NCBI GenBank assembly: GCA_963772455.1
Contig: CAVYXJ010000007.1
Span: 1 to 64,000, forward strand
From: Candidatus Bathyarchaeota archaeon
GTDB lineage: Archaea; Thermoproteota; Bathyarchaeia; Bathyarchaeales; Bathycorpusculaceae
Reading direction: 5' to 3'
DNA: 64,000 nucleotides
The translations under genes and the position numbers were made by a program. This document shows positions 12,007 through 23,040 of the stretch, piece by piece. Position 1 is the stretch's first letter. Each line of letters starts with the position of its first letter. The notes beneath the pieces were generated by a model. That model ran no database searches. It saw nothing but the letters and a program-made list of their open reading frames with translations, and had not been told where the DNA came from.

Positions 12007-13741
12007 TTATGTTAGAGACAAAATTGCTGTTCCAGCAGCACCTTTGGCTCTTGGACTTGGATCTCTGATGCTGACTGTAGGAGCTGAAGTATAACCGCTT
12101 CCCGGATTAGTAAGTACAAAGCCTAGAATCACACCGTTGGAGACTCTAGCAGTGGCCATAGCGCCTGTCCCGCCACCACCAGTCAGGAGTACAGCAGGAG
12201 TAGTATAGCCACTGCCACCACTCACAAGATTGAAACCTGTGAGTGTTAACGTTGTCGGAGCCAAAATCGTAACTGTTAATGACACGTTATGAATAAATGA
12301 GCCGCTTGAGCCAGTTACGTTAACGTAGTATGTTCCTGCACTAGCTGCATTCGATGCTGTCACTGAAAGTACAGATTGATTTGAACCACCTAACGGAACA
12401 ACAATTGAGGATGGACTAAGTGATGCAGTCCAGCCCGAAGGAGAATTCACAGAAAGAGAAATTCTACCAGAAAAACCATTAATTGATGAAACTGTAATAG
12501 TTGAATTTGTTAAAGATCCATTTTGCGTTATTAAGGGGTGAGGAGAAGTCGAAATTGAAAAGTCAGACCCGATTCCAGTTGTATAGTTCCATATTATTGG
12601 ACTGCCTAAACCTGTGACAAAATCGTAACCTGTAGTCGCCGAGTATGCTCCGTTTGATCCCGATGTAATATCTCTAAAATATGTTGGACCACTCCATTTT
12701 GCGTCTTGGTAGAGGTTATTTCCTGAAACCGAAAGACTAAGGGAATGTATAGCAGCCCATTGAGGTGCAGCAGCGCTTGTTCCACCTACTTGGAACCAGC
12801 CTACTTGACCTTGATAAGCCGTCGTATCGTAGACGGAAAATCCTGATGCAGGGTCAGAATTATATGAGACATCAGGTATTGCACGTTTTCCGTTTGCACC
12901 CGAAACGTTGTAGGTCAATTGATATTGAGGCTCATTTTCATAAATGCTTACTCCGCCGCCACTTCCAGTCCAACCTGTTTCTGAAGCCACAGTTCCATCA
13001 GGATTAAAGTTAAGATGTGTGCCGCCAACGGCAACAACATTTGGTGAGGTTGCAGGATAAATTACTCCTGCCCCATTGTCACCTGTAGCTGCAAAAAAAA
13101 CTTTCCACTAGAACTGCTAAAATAGGAATCAAGGTTGTTTTCGCCCAAGAACTCAGATGTCCCCCAACTCATAGAGACAGCTACAACATCTGGACGATTA
13201 GTCGCATAGTTAATGGCTGCGAAAAGATCTGTTATAGAGTTGCTTTGGGCTTCAACTAATAGTATTGTGGCGTTGGGGGCTATGGCATGAGCCCACTGAA
13301 CATCAAGCGATATTTCCAGTGCCCAATTAGCATCAACGGGTATGTTTGGTCGTCATTTTATGGATTTCTAAATTCGTTGTGGGCAAACCATATTGCATGC
13401 TAAAAACAACGAAGTCATTTTGGACAGTTGGGCAATCGTATGCATCAATGATTGCAATGGTCCCATATCCACCCGTTGAGGGCAAGTTATATGCTCTTCG
13501 AATTTGCATTGGAGATAAACCGGTAGGAGAAACTGTTGCGAGCGAGATTGGGTTTTGGGATGTTCGTTTGAGGGCCAAGTTTATGGTTGTACGCATGAAA
13601 ATAAGTTTGCGCTGAAATCTCATGGTTGGGCTGCGAAGAAGCGACAATTTCTGAACCAGGCAAACAAACAACAAACAAGATTACAAATAGAAAAATGACC
13701 ATGCATATTCGGGCTTCTAATCGATGTTTCACTATTATCAT
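12007..13741 (-). CDS. Secreted S53 (sedolisin/kumamolisin) serine peptidase with C-terminal Ig-like and Gly-rich domains; several frameshifts
   Basis: Catalytic motifs EISLDVQWAH (~13290-13320), ATGDNG, RAIPDVS, GGTSAAAP and GYDFVTGLGSP lie across frames. Signal peptide in ORF 13487..13741. Confidence 0.85.
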
Positions 13742-13855
13742 TCCAAGAAAGTACGGGTAGTTTTCTTCTAAGCCCCTAATTATTAGGTGATTGACTTCTT
13801 TGTAAACTGTTTCCGAGTTTCGGAGGTATTATGCTTTTTTAACGATAAAAGCAAT

Positions 13856-13879
13856 TGTGGTTGTGACATAACAGCCACA
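13856..13879. promoter_or_regulatory. 24-bp palindromic operator, site 3 (upstream of S53 peptidase)
   Basis: TGTGGTTGT-GACATA-ACAGCCACA, with AT-rich TATA-like sequence just downstream on the minus strand. Confidence 0.75.
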
Positions 13880-14054
13880 GCATGGTAAGTATGAAGAGTT
13901 TACTCTGTTATGGGGTATAATTGGTAAAATAGTTTTATGGAAACATCGGAAAAAATTTTCTGAATATCTTAAGTGTAAAAAAATTTTTTAAAAGAGGAGA
14001 TAATAAAGTAAGATCCTTGTTCTTTTTTCATTTTGAGGATTTTAAATGGTTTCT

Positions 14055-14243
14055 AATTTGCTTTGAAATGACCAACTAAAGGCCGCATAATATCGTGTTT
14101 CTTTGTGTTCCAAGGTATAACAATGTGTTAAATATGCTCTATTCGTCCGTACTTCCATTTAACTGAGAAAGACATAGTTGGAATCTTGAAGAATATTTAG
14201 AGAGTAATATTTTAATTAGATTTGTTCTAACAGTTCCTTTCCA
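14055..14243 (-). pseudogene. Decayed multicopper-oxidase C-terminal remnant
   Basis: Minus strand reads WKGTVRTN...RF and YLTHCYTLEHKE/HDIMRPLV across frameshifts. These match the MCO consensus WKDTVxxNP...RF and YVWHCHILEHEExDMMRP. Confidence 0.65.
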
Positions 14244-14428
14244 TTATTCAGTAAGTGTATTGGATGATTTTGAGAATTAGAAAAATCCTGTTTCTTCCTC
14301 TTGTACTAACTGAGAATACGATGAGGTATCTAAAAAGTCAAAATCGATAAAAACTTGATAAATTTATTCATTCTTAAAAAAAGGAAAATAGCGGTTGGCT
14401 TCCGCTTCTTTAAGTTATTTGTGTGCAT

Positions 14429-16437
14429 TTAACCTTGTGGCTTATTGACACCGAAGTAGAACATCATGTCGTTTTCTTCATGTTCTAATATGTGGCAGTG
14501 GCAGACATACAAGTTAGTTCCTGTCGGCGCATCTTCAGGTAGGTCAAATTTGGCGATGATTCTTAGCACTTCTCCAGGATTGGCTTTTGCAGTATCTTTC
14601 CACCCTGTCTCTTCAGGTCCAGGTGGGATTGGCACAGTTGGCACACCATCTTGCAAAAGGAAATTATTAACTGAAGGTCTTGTTGCCTTGGGTCTTCCTG
14701 CCTGCGATCCATGCATTCCAAGCAACTAGGAAAGCCTTTGAATCGAATACCTGACGGTCTACTATCTTGAATTTTACAAGATGCAAATGCATTGGATGCG
14801 CATCTCCAGTGGTGTTAATGAACTGCCAGACGTTTGTTGCTCCGTTGTCTTCAGTAAATAGTGGCGGATTTGGTGGGGCACTTTCCGTGAAATTTTGTCC
14901 GTCTAGGAGGGCTTCTAAGGGTTGACCGGTAAGTGGGATCCATTATTTCTGAGATAACAATTTCTCTCCATTTTGATTTCGCTGGTTTTGTTAGCGGGGG
15001 ATCGATGGGTGGCAATTTTAGACGATTGGGCAATGACGTTGTGATCTTTTCGAACAAGTGGAACAATTTGAACTGCATTATTTCTAAGACCTGTCCGCCT
15101 CTTCCGCCTGGATAAGGAGCCTTAGCATTATTCATTAATGTCAACGTGTTGTGCCAGGCTTTCCTCCATTCCTGTGAAGTCAACGATGGTATCAAATCGT
15201 TCTCCTGGAGCTATAACTAGGCTGGTGAGCTTCGTTGGTTTAGGAAGGAATCCTTGCTCAGACCCTATTACCCATATTGGAAGAGTAGTAGGTGAACTTG
15301 GACCTTGGAACCAGATATTGTAGAATCTAGCTTGAGAACCGTTTAGGAAGCGGAATCTGTACCTTCTTGGTTCTACGTTAAAGAATGGAAATGCTCTCCC
15401 GTTCACTATAGGTGTGTCGCCGAAGTATTCTGGTATCCAGAGGGGATGAACAGTTCCTGGTGTGTTCGGTTGGCGGATATATTGCACCACCTGTTCCACC
15501 TGTCTGGAGGTCAAGAAGTCTGTCCTGTAGTACTATTGGAACCTCGTATGCTCCATTTGGAATTTCACCATCTTTAATGAGTTTGTTCTCACCTGTTGTC
15601 TCTTACGATGTATGCAGCTGCTTGTCCTAGGAATGGGTTGAATCTTGTGATTCCCCATGCATGGTCATGATACCATAGCATTGCCGCTGCTTGGTCGTTT
15701 GGATATTCGTATGTATGGGAACCTGATTTTTTCGGATCAATGTTTTTCCTTCTGGATATGGATTTGCCTGCGTGGATCCTACTGGCGAGAACCAGTCTCT
15801 GGGACCTCCATCGTGTTCAGTAAGTACTTTGCCGCCGTGTAGATGTACACAAACACGGTGTTCATCAGTCCAGCGAGCCAAGGTATTAGCTGGCAATCTA
15901 TGGATCAGTGTGTGCCCATGATGGTATAGTCCATTGGGCTCGACTGGACCAGCTTGATGAATTTGATGAAGTCCAGTTGGAAGTTTGTTTGTCACTTTAA
16001 GTTTCACTGGTCTTCCACTTTGGGCTACAATGGTTGGCCCTAAGTAAATGAAATACGCCAGGTACTGGAGCTGTGGCAAAATAACTTTGTGTATTTGTTG
16101 TAGCTGGCAAGCTTGAGTGAAATTTATGCCCTGTTCCAGGCACTATTGAGATCTCATAATAGTCCATTCCAGGATATTTCGTAGTATTGGGTGTAAGTAC
16201 TGGAGGAATCACCAAAGGATCTACGAATTTGTCAGATCTATCAGCTCGGGGGCACATTTGAGCAGCAGCAAAAATGGTTGAATCTTGGTCAGTTTTCCGT
16301 AAGGGTTTTGGCGTTAGTGTGCCGATTGTTGTCGCTATGGCTGTAGCTCCGGCAGCTATTCCAGCAATTTTTAAGAATCGTCTTCGGGAATTTCTCTCCT
16401 TATCTTGATGACCTATTTTCTCCTTTTCTTTATCCAT
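14429..16437 (-). CDS. Second Tat-exported multicopper oxidase (CotA/bilirubin oxidase-like); multiple frameshifts
   Basis: Tat motif SRRRFLK; VHLHGG; LWYHDHAWG (~15655-15680); YRFRFLNGSQAR; APGERFD; HPMHLHL (~14780-14800); GWKDT; HCHILEHEENDMM. Confidence 0.88.
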
Positions 16438-16499
16438 GCTTCCACTTTCCAAAAAGTATTTATGTTTAAAATAGGAAATCACTCACTTATTTAATATAA

Positions 16500-16523
16500 T
16501 GTGGTTGTCACAGTGAAATCACA
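16500..16523. promoter_or_regulatory. 24-bp palindromic operator, site 4 (upstream of second MCO)
   Basis: TGTGGTTGT-CACAGT-GAAATCACA, followed on the minus strand by TTATATTAAATA. Confidence 0.7.
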
Positions 16524-16567
16524 CTTTTTTACTCTCAGTTTTCTAGAAATAGTCTACAACTTTTCCA

Positions 16568-17214
16568 TTAGTCAATTTTATACGTTTTATCCGCCAATTT
16601 TGCCAAGTTAGAAGCATGAGTTGAAATCAGTATTGTTTTCCCTTCTTCTTTAGATTTTCAAAGAAATCAGTTATTGTCTTTGCAGAAGCTTCATCAACAA
16701 ATGTTAACGGTTCGTCAGCAACAATTATTTTCGGTTCAGTTATTAATGCTCTTGCCACTGCTACCCTCTGCTGCTGTCCTCCTGAGAGTTGTTCGACATT
16801 GAAATATGCACGTTCCGACAATCCCAACTGATTCAACAACTCAAGAGCGGATGCTTTGTATTCTGCTGGATCCACATCATGGCATATTAGCGGAGTCATT
16901 ACGTTTTCCAAAGCATTGAAGTTAGGAAGCAAATTGATGTGTTGAAAAACGAAACCCATGTTTTTTCTTCTAAAGATAGCTTTCCAACCGTCAGAGTAAG
17001 AGGTTACGTCTTCTTTGTCAAACAACACCTTGCCTTTAGTGGGTGTTAACAGTTGTCCTATCATACTCAACAGCGTGGTTTTACCGCATCCGCTGGGTCC
17101 AACTAGCGCCGTTATTGCTCCACTTTCAGCTGTCAAATTGATATCGGTAACCGCTTCAACTTGATGTTTTTTTCCCTGATTATAGATTTTCGTCAAGTTT
17201 ACTACTTCAATCAT
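16568..17214 (-). CDS. ABC transporter ATP-binding protein (LolD/MacB-type); C-terminal frameshift
   Basis: Walker A GPSGCGKT, LSGGQQQR and DEP motifs. The H-loop GKTILISTH lies in the adjacent frame after ~16645. Confidence 0.88.
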
Positions 17215-18437
17215 GCTCGGGCACCTCTCATAGCAATGTCAGGATCAACCGTCGCGTTAAGCCATGAAGGAATTACTGTAGCAAAAAGAAGAGGAACGAT
17301 AGTCACAGCAAAAGTGAAGAGAACAGTTTGAAGGCTAATAAAAACGGGTAATTGAAAACTTGGGTAAATGTTAGCCCATCCCAACATGAAATCTCTAAGG
17401 ACTGGAGCACCAAGAACACTATCGAAAAAAATTCCAATTGTCAATCCTATTGCACCAGCTAATGTCCCAAGCACCAAACTTTCCACTAGCCGAACCTGAA
17501 TCACGTCCGATGTTGAAAATCCAAGAGCCTTAAGAAGCCCAACTTCAAATTTCGATTCATGCCCAACAACAACAGTTTGATTAAACGCGATTATCGCCAC
17601 CGAGATTAAAATGACATACCAAACAATCGAGAAGAAACCTGATTTGTCACCGTAAGTTTTTTCCTGAGCATCAAGAAGAACATCTTTTGTTAACACACGA
17701 CAATTGGCCAACCCACTTATTGCCCGAGCCGCTTCATTAACAAAGCACCTTTTAAATCATCGTCTACTGGAGTAACATAAACCATCAAATCTGTTACTTT
17801 GTCATTCGGTATGTTGAAGAAATCTCGAGCTGCATTGAGGTTCATCAATATCATGTCTGCGTTATAGATGCCGGATTCACTGTTGAAAATTCCAACAACT
17901 GTATACCGCTTGACTTGGTTGGATTCTGATATTATCGACAGTTCAGTTCCAACACTAGCCCCAAGTAATTCAGCAACACCTTTTCCTATAACCACACTCT
18001 CATTCGACTGTGCATCAATAAAACGACCTGACTCTAAAGGGTAAGCAACTGTCAAATCAGGAGCAATCCTACCGTGTTGAGACATGTGCAGAGTTACCCA
18101 AATCGAGACCTACAATCACTATAAGCGTATTTCCTACGTTTCCATATCCCCAAATCCTTTGTGAAACAGTACTGACTCCTGGAGCGCTCCCCATAATGTA
18201 ATTCACGTAACTTGTTGGGATGAGTGTTTGTCTTCCACCTTGTATACCTTGAACGGTTAGGTCAGGAGCATACTTTAAGCTCAAAGCGCCCTCTTTCACA
18301 AGACCATCTGACAAGAATGCAACAGCGGAAAATGTAGAAGCTGCAACAACTAGACATATAAGAATAACTACTGTTCTCAATTTGTATCTTTGAATACAAT
18401 TCAAAGCATAATTCAAAAGATTCTTAAATCGTTTCAT
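17211..18437 (-). CDS. ABC transporter permease, FtsX/MacB/LolE-like; frameshifted into three ORFs
   Basis: N-terminal TM, extracytoplasmic GRF...VVIG...VVGIF segment, and C-terminal EVGLLKALG...E FtsX motif. Confidence 0.85.
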
Positions 18438-18746
18438 TTGCCACCCTCAATCACAGTAAAGTTGGTTGCCATTGGGAAACTAATGAAAGGAACACCCATC
18501 GAAAAATAGTTGCAGTAACCACCTGGCACATCATAGAGTCCAGTGCAAAGAACCTCAACGCCTGGGTTCCTCGCTGCAGGACTAAGATTTCCAACCGCTA
18601 CACTCGGCAAACCCACAATGTAACGTAAGAGAGTCGGCATTGTTTTCTTTCGTTGACCAAGAAATTTCGCTTACGACACAGGAAACAAAAACAAACGTAA
18701 GCAAGATTGCAATTGCATAAATTAATACTCTTGACGTCATTTTCAT
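18434..18746 (-). CDS. Small membrane-anchored hypothetical protein (frameshifted)
   Basis: Purine-rich SD-like sequence, then ATG and a hydrophobic N-terminus (MKMTSRVLIYAIAILL) joining ORF 18434..18640. Stop overlaps the permease start. Confidence 0.5.
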
Positions 18747-18762
18747 CTGCTTCCTCTTATGC

Positions 18763-19247
18763 TTATTTGATAATTAAAAGTACCCTCGTACCCATTTTCT
18801 GTTGGTGATAAAAAGGAAATTTCATTTCCATAAGTCAAATTGATAAGACATTCCTAGTTTTGGTGGTGGAGGCTTTACCAAGTCAAAACCTGAAAAAGTA
18901 ACGGTTGTTGATTCAATATCGGATCACTCGGTGTAGCATCAAATGTTTCGACAAGTATGCCATTGCAGTACATAGACAAAGTTCCCTGATTTTTGCCAAT
19001 CTTGAAACTTCAAGTCGACAACAAGTATTGCTGGATCATAAGTTGTATAATTAAATCGTGAACTTGCTCTTTGACCCGACTGAAGCGTCACAGTTTCTTG
19101 AGCATAATTCTCTTTGATTGAAAACTCCGATTTGACCATTTTGACCTGAACTTGAAAGGTAAGGGGTGATTCCAACAAAAACAGCAATCAACACAATTGC
19201 TACAACTACGCCGCAATTTCTACTACAAAGAGTTTCTTAAGGTTCAC
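18763..19247 (-). CDS. Hypothetical exported protein (frameshifted)
   Basis: Hydrophobic N-terminus near 19247 plus ORF 18939..19187. Fills the operon gap. Confidence 0.4.
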
Positions 19248-19269
19248 AAGATAAAACTCCAGTTAGATC

Positions 19270-20116
19270 TTAAAATCGATCTCGACTGAATTTGAAATAA
19301 TAGAAATCTGCTTTCACATTAAACATTGCTAAAAGCATCCCCACCCAATCTGCAATAACAATAAGAACTGTACCAATAACTGCTAAAATTATACAAACAA
19401 GCATGACTTTTCGCATTAATGACGGAATTTCTTTTTGAACACCTGGCATTTTATTTGAAGATCTCCGAAACAGAAAACTCCAAATTACTAATGCAGCTGA
19501 AACGGAGTATGCGGCAATAACGCCCCAAAGTAGAGGATACTGATATGTTATGAAGCAGAATGGGCAACCGACATTAAATAATCCAGGCGCAGTACTCGAG
19601 TAAACAACCATGCAGCAGGGAACAACCAGCGGTTTTAGTCCGCCAAAAAAAGCGATGTCCAACAAGGCATCAATGAATAAAAGCGGCAAGAGTAAAACAA
19701 AGCCTCGTGAGAGTGAAGTCATCATTGTAGAACCTTTTAGTTTTCGGTTCATTATATCATAGAAAAGCCAGCCACCAAAGGCAAACATGGTGAACAATTT
19801 CAAACCCAAGTCTGCCCAAGACCAAGGTGCTCCTGCTTGGAAAACACCAAATTCACACATTGCACCAGGAACAGAAGGAATTAATGATACGACGGTGATC
19901 CAGAATAGAGGAATTGCAAGAAATTCTAGTCCCAAGAGTCATCCAACCAACAGTTGAGACTAAGTAAAAATCTTTTTCCAATTCATAACGTTGGTCGGCA
20001 GATGCACCTTTGATGCCCTCTTCTACTTTGTATGCTTTCAATGCGGCAAAGCAACCTACAGCTAATGCGAAGAGAGCTATGGCTAAATCGACTGCTACAT
20101 ACAGGTTTACAATCAT
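19270..20116 (-). CDS. Cys-motif polytopic membrane protein (frameshift ~19925)
   Basis: ORFs 19853..20116 and 19270..19935 join. Several TM helices with PGAMCEFG, VPCC and GCPFC motifs. Confidence 0.7.
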
Positions 20117-20151
20117 CCATTATTTCTCCTTGTTCTCTGATTTTAATAGAC

Positions 20152-21795
20152 TTATGTGCTTTTCAGTTTCTTAAATGCAAAGATTGAGCCTGCTATTATG
20201 ACAACTCCAACAACCAAAGCCAGCATAAGCATTAGCGAGGTAGGTGCCGCAGTTGTATCTGCTTGGGCATACCAAGTACTTATTGCATCATTTACCAACT
20301 TGACCTGTGTAGTTGAGGGTAATGCGTAATGTTGTTCTGGTGAAGTGTATTGAGAGAATCCGTTGGCGAGGAGGTTGTCGGCTGCTGTTTGGTTATATGC
20401 TGCTCGAGCTGTAACGCAGCTTCCTCCACGCAGGTATATCGCAGTAGATGGACTAACTGTTACTGTTGCTCCATAGTTTGAGGAATCAACGGTTATTGGG
20501 TATGATGGTCCGTACCAGTCACAGTAAGTTTCAATATGTAACGTTTCATAGTCGTTGATAAGCTGCATGGCGCACATGAAGCATTCAACATAATGGATCT
20601 TTCCGGCTCCATCGGTTACTATATACCGTGTTTGAGATTCGGGGGTCACATCCATGCCGCATGCCTCGCATTCTAGAATTTCTCCAGTTATTGCTGTCGG
20701 CGCTGGCGAGTATGTTGGCGTGGCGGTTGGAGAAGTAGATGGAGATTTTGATGGGGACACAGAAGGCGAAATACTCGGAGTTGGAGAGGGAGTCGGTGAT
20801 GGAGTTGGGGTTGGAGAAGGCAATCCTACCCCATTGATAAGTGCTGCTTGAGCTACTCCTAGTCTGGTCGGGTTTGCATTTGCGGTATCGTTGCTTAAGG
20901 TTGAGAGCCATTTTGAGGTGCCGTTGTTTGGCAGCGCAAGCAAATCATCTGCAGCTGAAGAATTGTACACTATTCTGTTCTTAGTGCATCCTCCAGCGGT
21001 TATAATCAGAGCATCTGGCGGATTGACTGTGACATCAGTGCCGTTGTTTTTGGCTATTATTGATATAGGATAGCTTGGTCCGTAATAGTCACAGAAAGCA
21101 GTAATGTTAAGATCGTTATAGGTCCTCTGCAATCTTAGAGCGCAAACCGGGCAACATGCGATATGCAAAGTACCCGTAGCGTCAAAAATTTTGAACCGCG
21201 CTTGACCAGTTACATCCACTGACATTCCGCATTGCTCACAAGCAGAAGTTGCGCCTCCACCATACTGTAATACTGCCTGGGCGATCCCAATTCGGTTCGC
21301 GTTAGGGAGAACTGTAGCGTTAGTCATTGGGGAGAGCCACTGTGAGGCCCCATTATTTGGAGGCGAAAGCAGAGCATCAGCAGCAGCTGCATTGAAAACT
21401 AACCTGTTTTTTGCGCATCCACCGCCAAGAATTATTACCGCAGTCGGGGGATTTACAGTCAGAGCACTACCACTTTGCTTGGCGTTTATCGTTATGGGGT
21501 AGGTTGGTCCGTTATAGTCGCAAAAAGAAGTGATTGTGAGTTCTCCATACGTCTTAACCAGCTTGAGAGCACAAACTGGGCAACACGCAACATGCTGACC
21601 TCCGGAAGGATCCGTAATTCTGAATCGGGCTTGACCAGTTGCATCAACAGCCATCCCGCATGAGTCACATGGTTTTGTGTCCATTTGGCCATATGTTAAG
21701 GTGGCTAATCCGGAAATAAGCAAAGCTGAAATAATTACAATGTTAACTACAATTTTTGATTTTTGTGAAATCATATGGAAAATCCCTTGCCCCAT
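20152..21795 (-). CDS. Membrane-anchored surface protein with three NosL/TRASH-like Cys-rich domains (putative copper chaperone)
   Basis: Signal peptide; three copies of CxxCGM...C(C/F)xxC...CD(Y/W)xGP...GxC; Pro/Ser/Thr linker; C-terminal TM helix. Confidence 0.7.
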   Translation of the reverse strand: MGQGIFHMISQKSKIVVNIVIISALLISGLATLTYGQMDTKPCDSCGMAVDATGQARFRITDPSGGQHVACCPVCALKLVKTYGELTITSFCDYNGPTYPITINAKQSGSALTVNPPTAVIILGGGCAKNRLVFNAAAADALLSPPNNGASQWLSPMTNATVLPNANRIGIAQAVLQYGGGATSACEQCGMSVDVTGQARFKIFDATGTLHIACCPVCALRLQRTYNDLNITAFCDYYGPSYPISIIAKNNGTDVTVNPPDALIITAGGCTKNRIVYNSSAADDLLALPNNGTSKWLSTLSNDTANANPTRLGVAQAALINGVGLPSPTPTPSPTPSPTPSISPSVSPSKSPSTSPTATPTYSPAPTAITGEILECEACGMDVTPESQTRYIVTDGAGKIHYVECFMCAMQLINDYETLHIETYCDWYGPSYPITVDSSNYGATVTVSPSTAIYLRGGSCVTARAAYNQTAADNLLANGFSQYTSPEQHYALPSTTQVKLVNDAISTWYAQADTTAAPTSLMLMLALVVGVVIIAGSIFAFKKLKST

Positions 21796-21822
21796 AATTA
21801 CCGCTTGCTTCTTTTGAAAGTT

Positions 21823-21846
21823 TGTGGTAGTGCAGTAACAACCACA
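21823..21846. promoter_or_regulatory. 24-bp palindromic operator, site 5 (upstream of NosL-like/ABC operon)
   Basis: TGTGGTAGT-GCAGTA-ACAACCACA. Confidence 0.75.
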
Positions 21847-21965
21847 AATTATGACGCTGTCAACATAAAAAGCTTATGAAAAAAAGAAAAGATCTAATGA
21901 AACATCCAATTTACCAACGCTGAAACTTGAATCAAAATCCGAAACAGAAAAAATTTTCCTAAAAA

Positions 21966-22904
21966 TTACACAAGATAATGTTTACAGTTCGGACAGTAAT
22001 GCAGATTCGCCTCAATTGTAGAACGACAATACTTACAAGTTGAAGTAGGAGTTGGAACAGCGAACCATTTGGATAACAAAGATTGAGAGTTGCCGTTGCC
22101 AATTCTTTTTTCAAATATCTTGCCTGCGAATATGCTGATTTCAATCAATGAAAGAAGCGCTAAGAACAAGTAAAGGTCACCTATGGGTGTTGCACCTGGC
22201 GAGATTAACATAGCTACGATTATGAGTCCAGCCCAAATGTACTTTCTTTGCTTAGTAACTGTTTTTGTGTGCAATACCCCGAACTTAACTAAGAGCACGA
22301 AGAACGCTGGGATCGTGAAGAGGATTCCGCTTATTATGACTGTGAAAAATACTGTGCTGTAAAAATCCATTATCGGGAAGATTTCCATTGCATTTACCGC
22401 ATTATAGAATGGAATGAACCCTTGAATGAACGATGGAGCCAAGAAGAAGAAACCAAAGAAGGCGCCTAAAACAAAGAGTGCAGATACAACTGTGACGAAG
22501 GGAAATACCGCGTGTTTTTCATGCGGATACAAAGCTGGATCGATGAATTTGTAGGCTTCATATGCAAAAATCGGCAACGTTATTCCGACTGCAAACATAA
22601 CAGCCGCATATGCGTATAGAGTAATGGGATCAGACATAGAGCTTGCAAACAACTGCACTCCCTGCGGCAAAAACATGTTACCAATATAAACTAAAAGCAC
22701 GGACATCAACGGTTTATAATTCTCAGTAGTTGCAAAGAAGTCACTGTTGCCAGGAAGAACTAGCATAACAAACAACGAAACAACAAAAACAGCCAGCACA
22801 ATCTTCATACGTTTTATGAATTCGGTAACGTGTCCCCAGAATCCTTCAAAGAAGCTCTGTCCGTCAGGCATGTCAATGACTCTCAAATTCTTTTTTAGCT
22901 TCAA
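21966..22904 (-). CDS. tatC: Twin-arginine translocase subunit TatC with C-terminal zinc ribbon
   Basis: FWGHVTEFIKRM N-terminus, FIDPALYPHEK, six TM helices, ISPGATP. Tail CKYC...CPNC. Confidence 0.92.
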   Translation of the reverse strand: MKLKKNLRVIDMPDGQSFFEGFWGHVTEFIKRMKIVLAVFVVSLFVMLVLPGNSDFFATTENYKPLMSVLLVYIGNMFLPQGVQLFASSMSDPITLYAYAAVMFAVGITLPIFAYEAYKFIDPALYPHEKHAVFPFVTVVSALFVLGAFFGFFFLAPSFIQGFIPFYNAVNAMEIFPIMDFYSTVFFTVIISGILFTIPAFFVLLVKFGVLHTKTVTKQRKYIWAGLIIVAMLISPGATPIGDLYLFLALLSLIEISIFAGKIFEKRIGNGNSQSLLSKWFAVPTPTSTCKYCRSTIEANLHYCPNCKHYLV

Positions 22905-23040
22905 CTATTTTTTTTGTCAAGTTAGATGTGGAAGGGGAAGACAGAATCCTCTCGAGTTTTTTGCACTGAGTTAGTGAAAAAATTCTTAGGGAATCAAATG
23001 TCTTATTTTGCCAAGAAAGAATAAAGGCTGAAGTAGCCAT

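Noticed and set aside
10450-18085. Programmed frameshifting or phase variation to explain the split genes
   Set aside because: The breaks are numerous, several per gene, and I saw no shared slippery motif or long repeat tract. Error or decay is simpler.
20690-20820. Low-complexity GGAG/GTTG repeats
   Set aside because: These encode the Pro/Ser/Thr linker of the surface protein.
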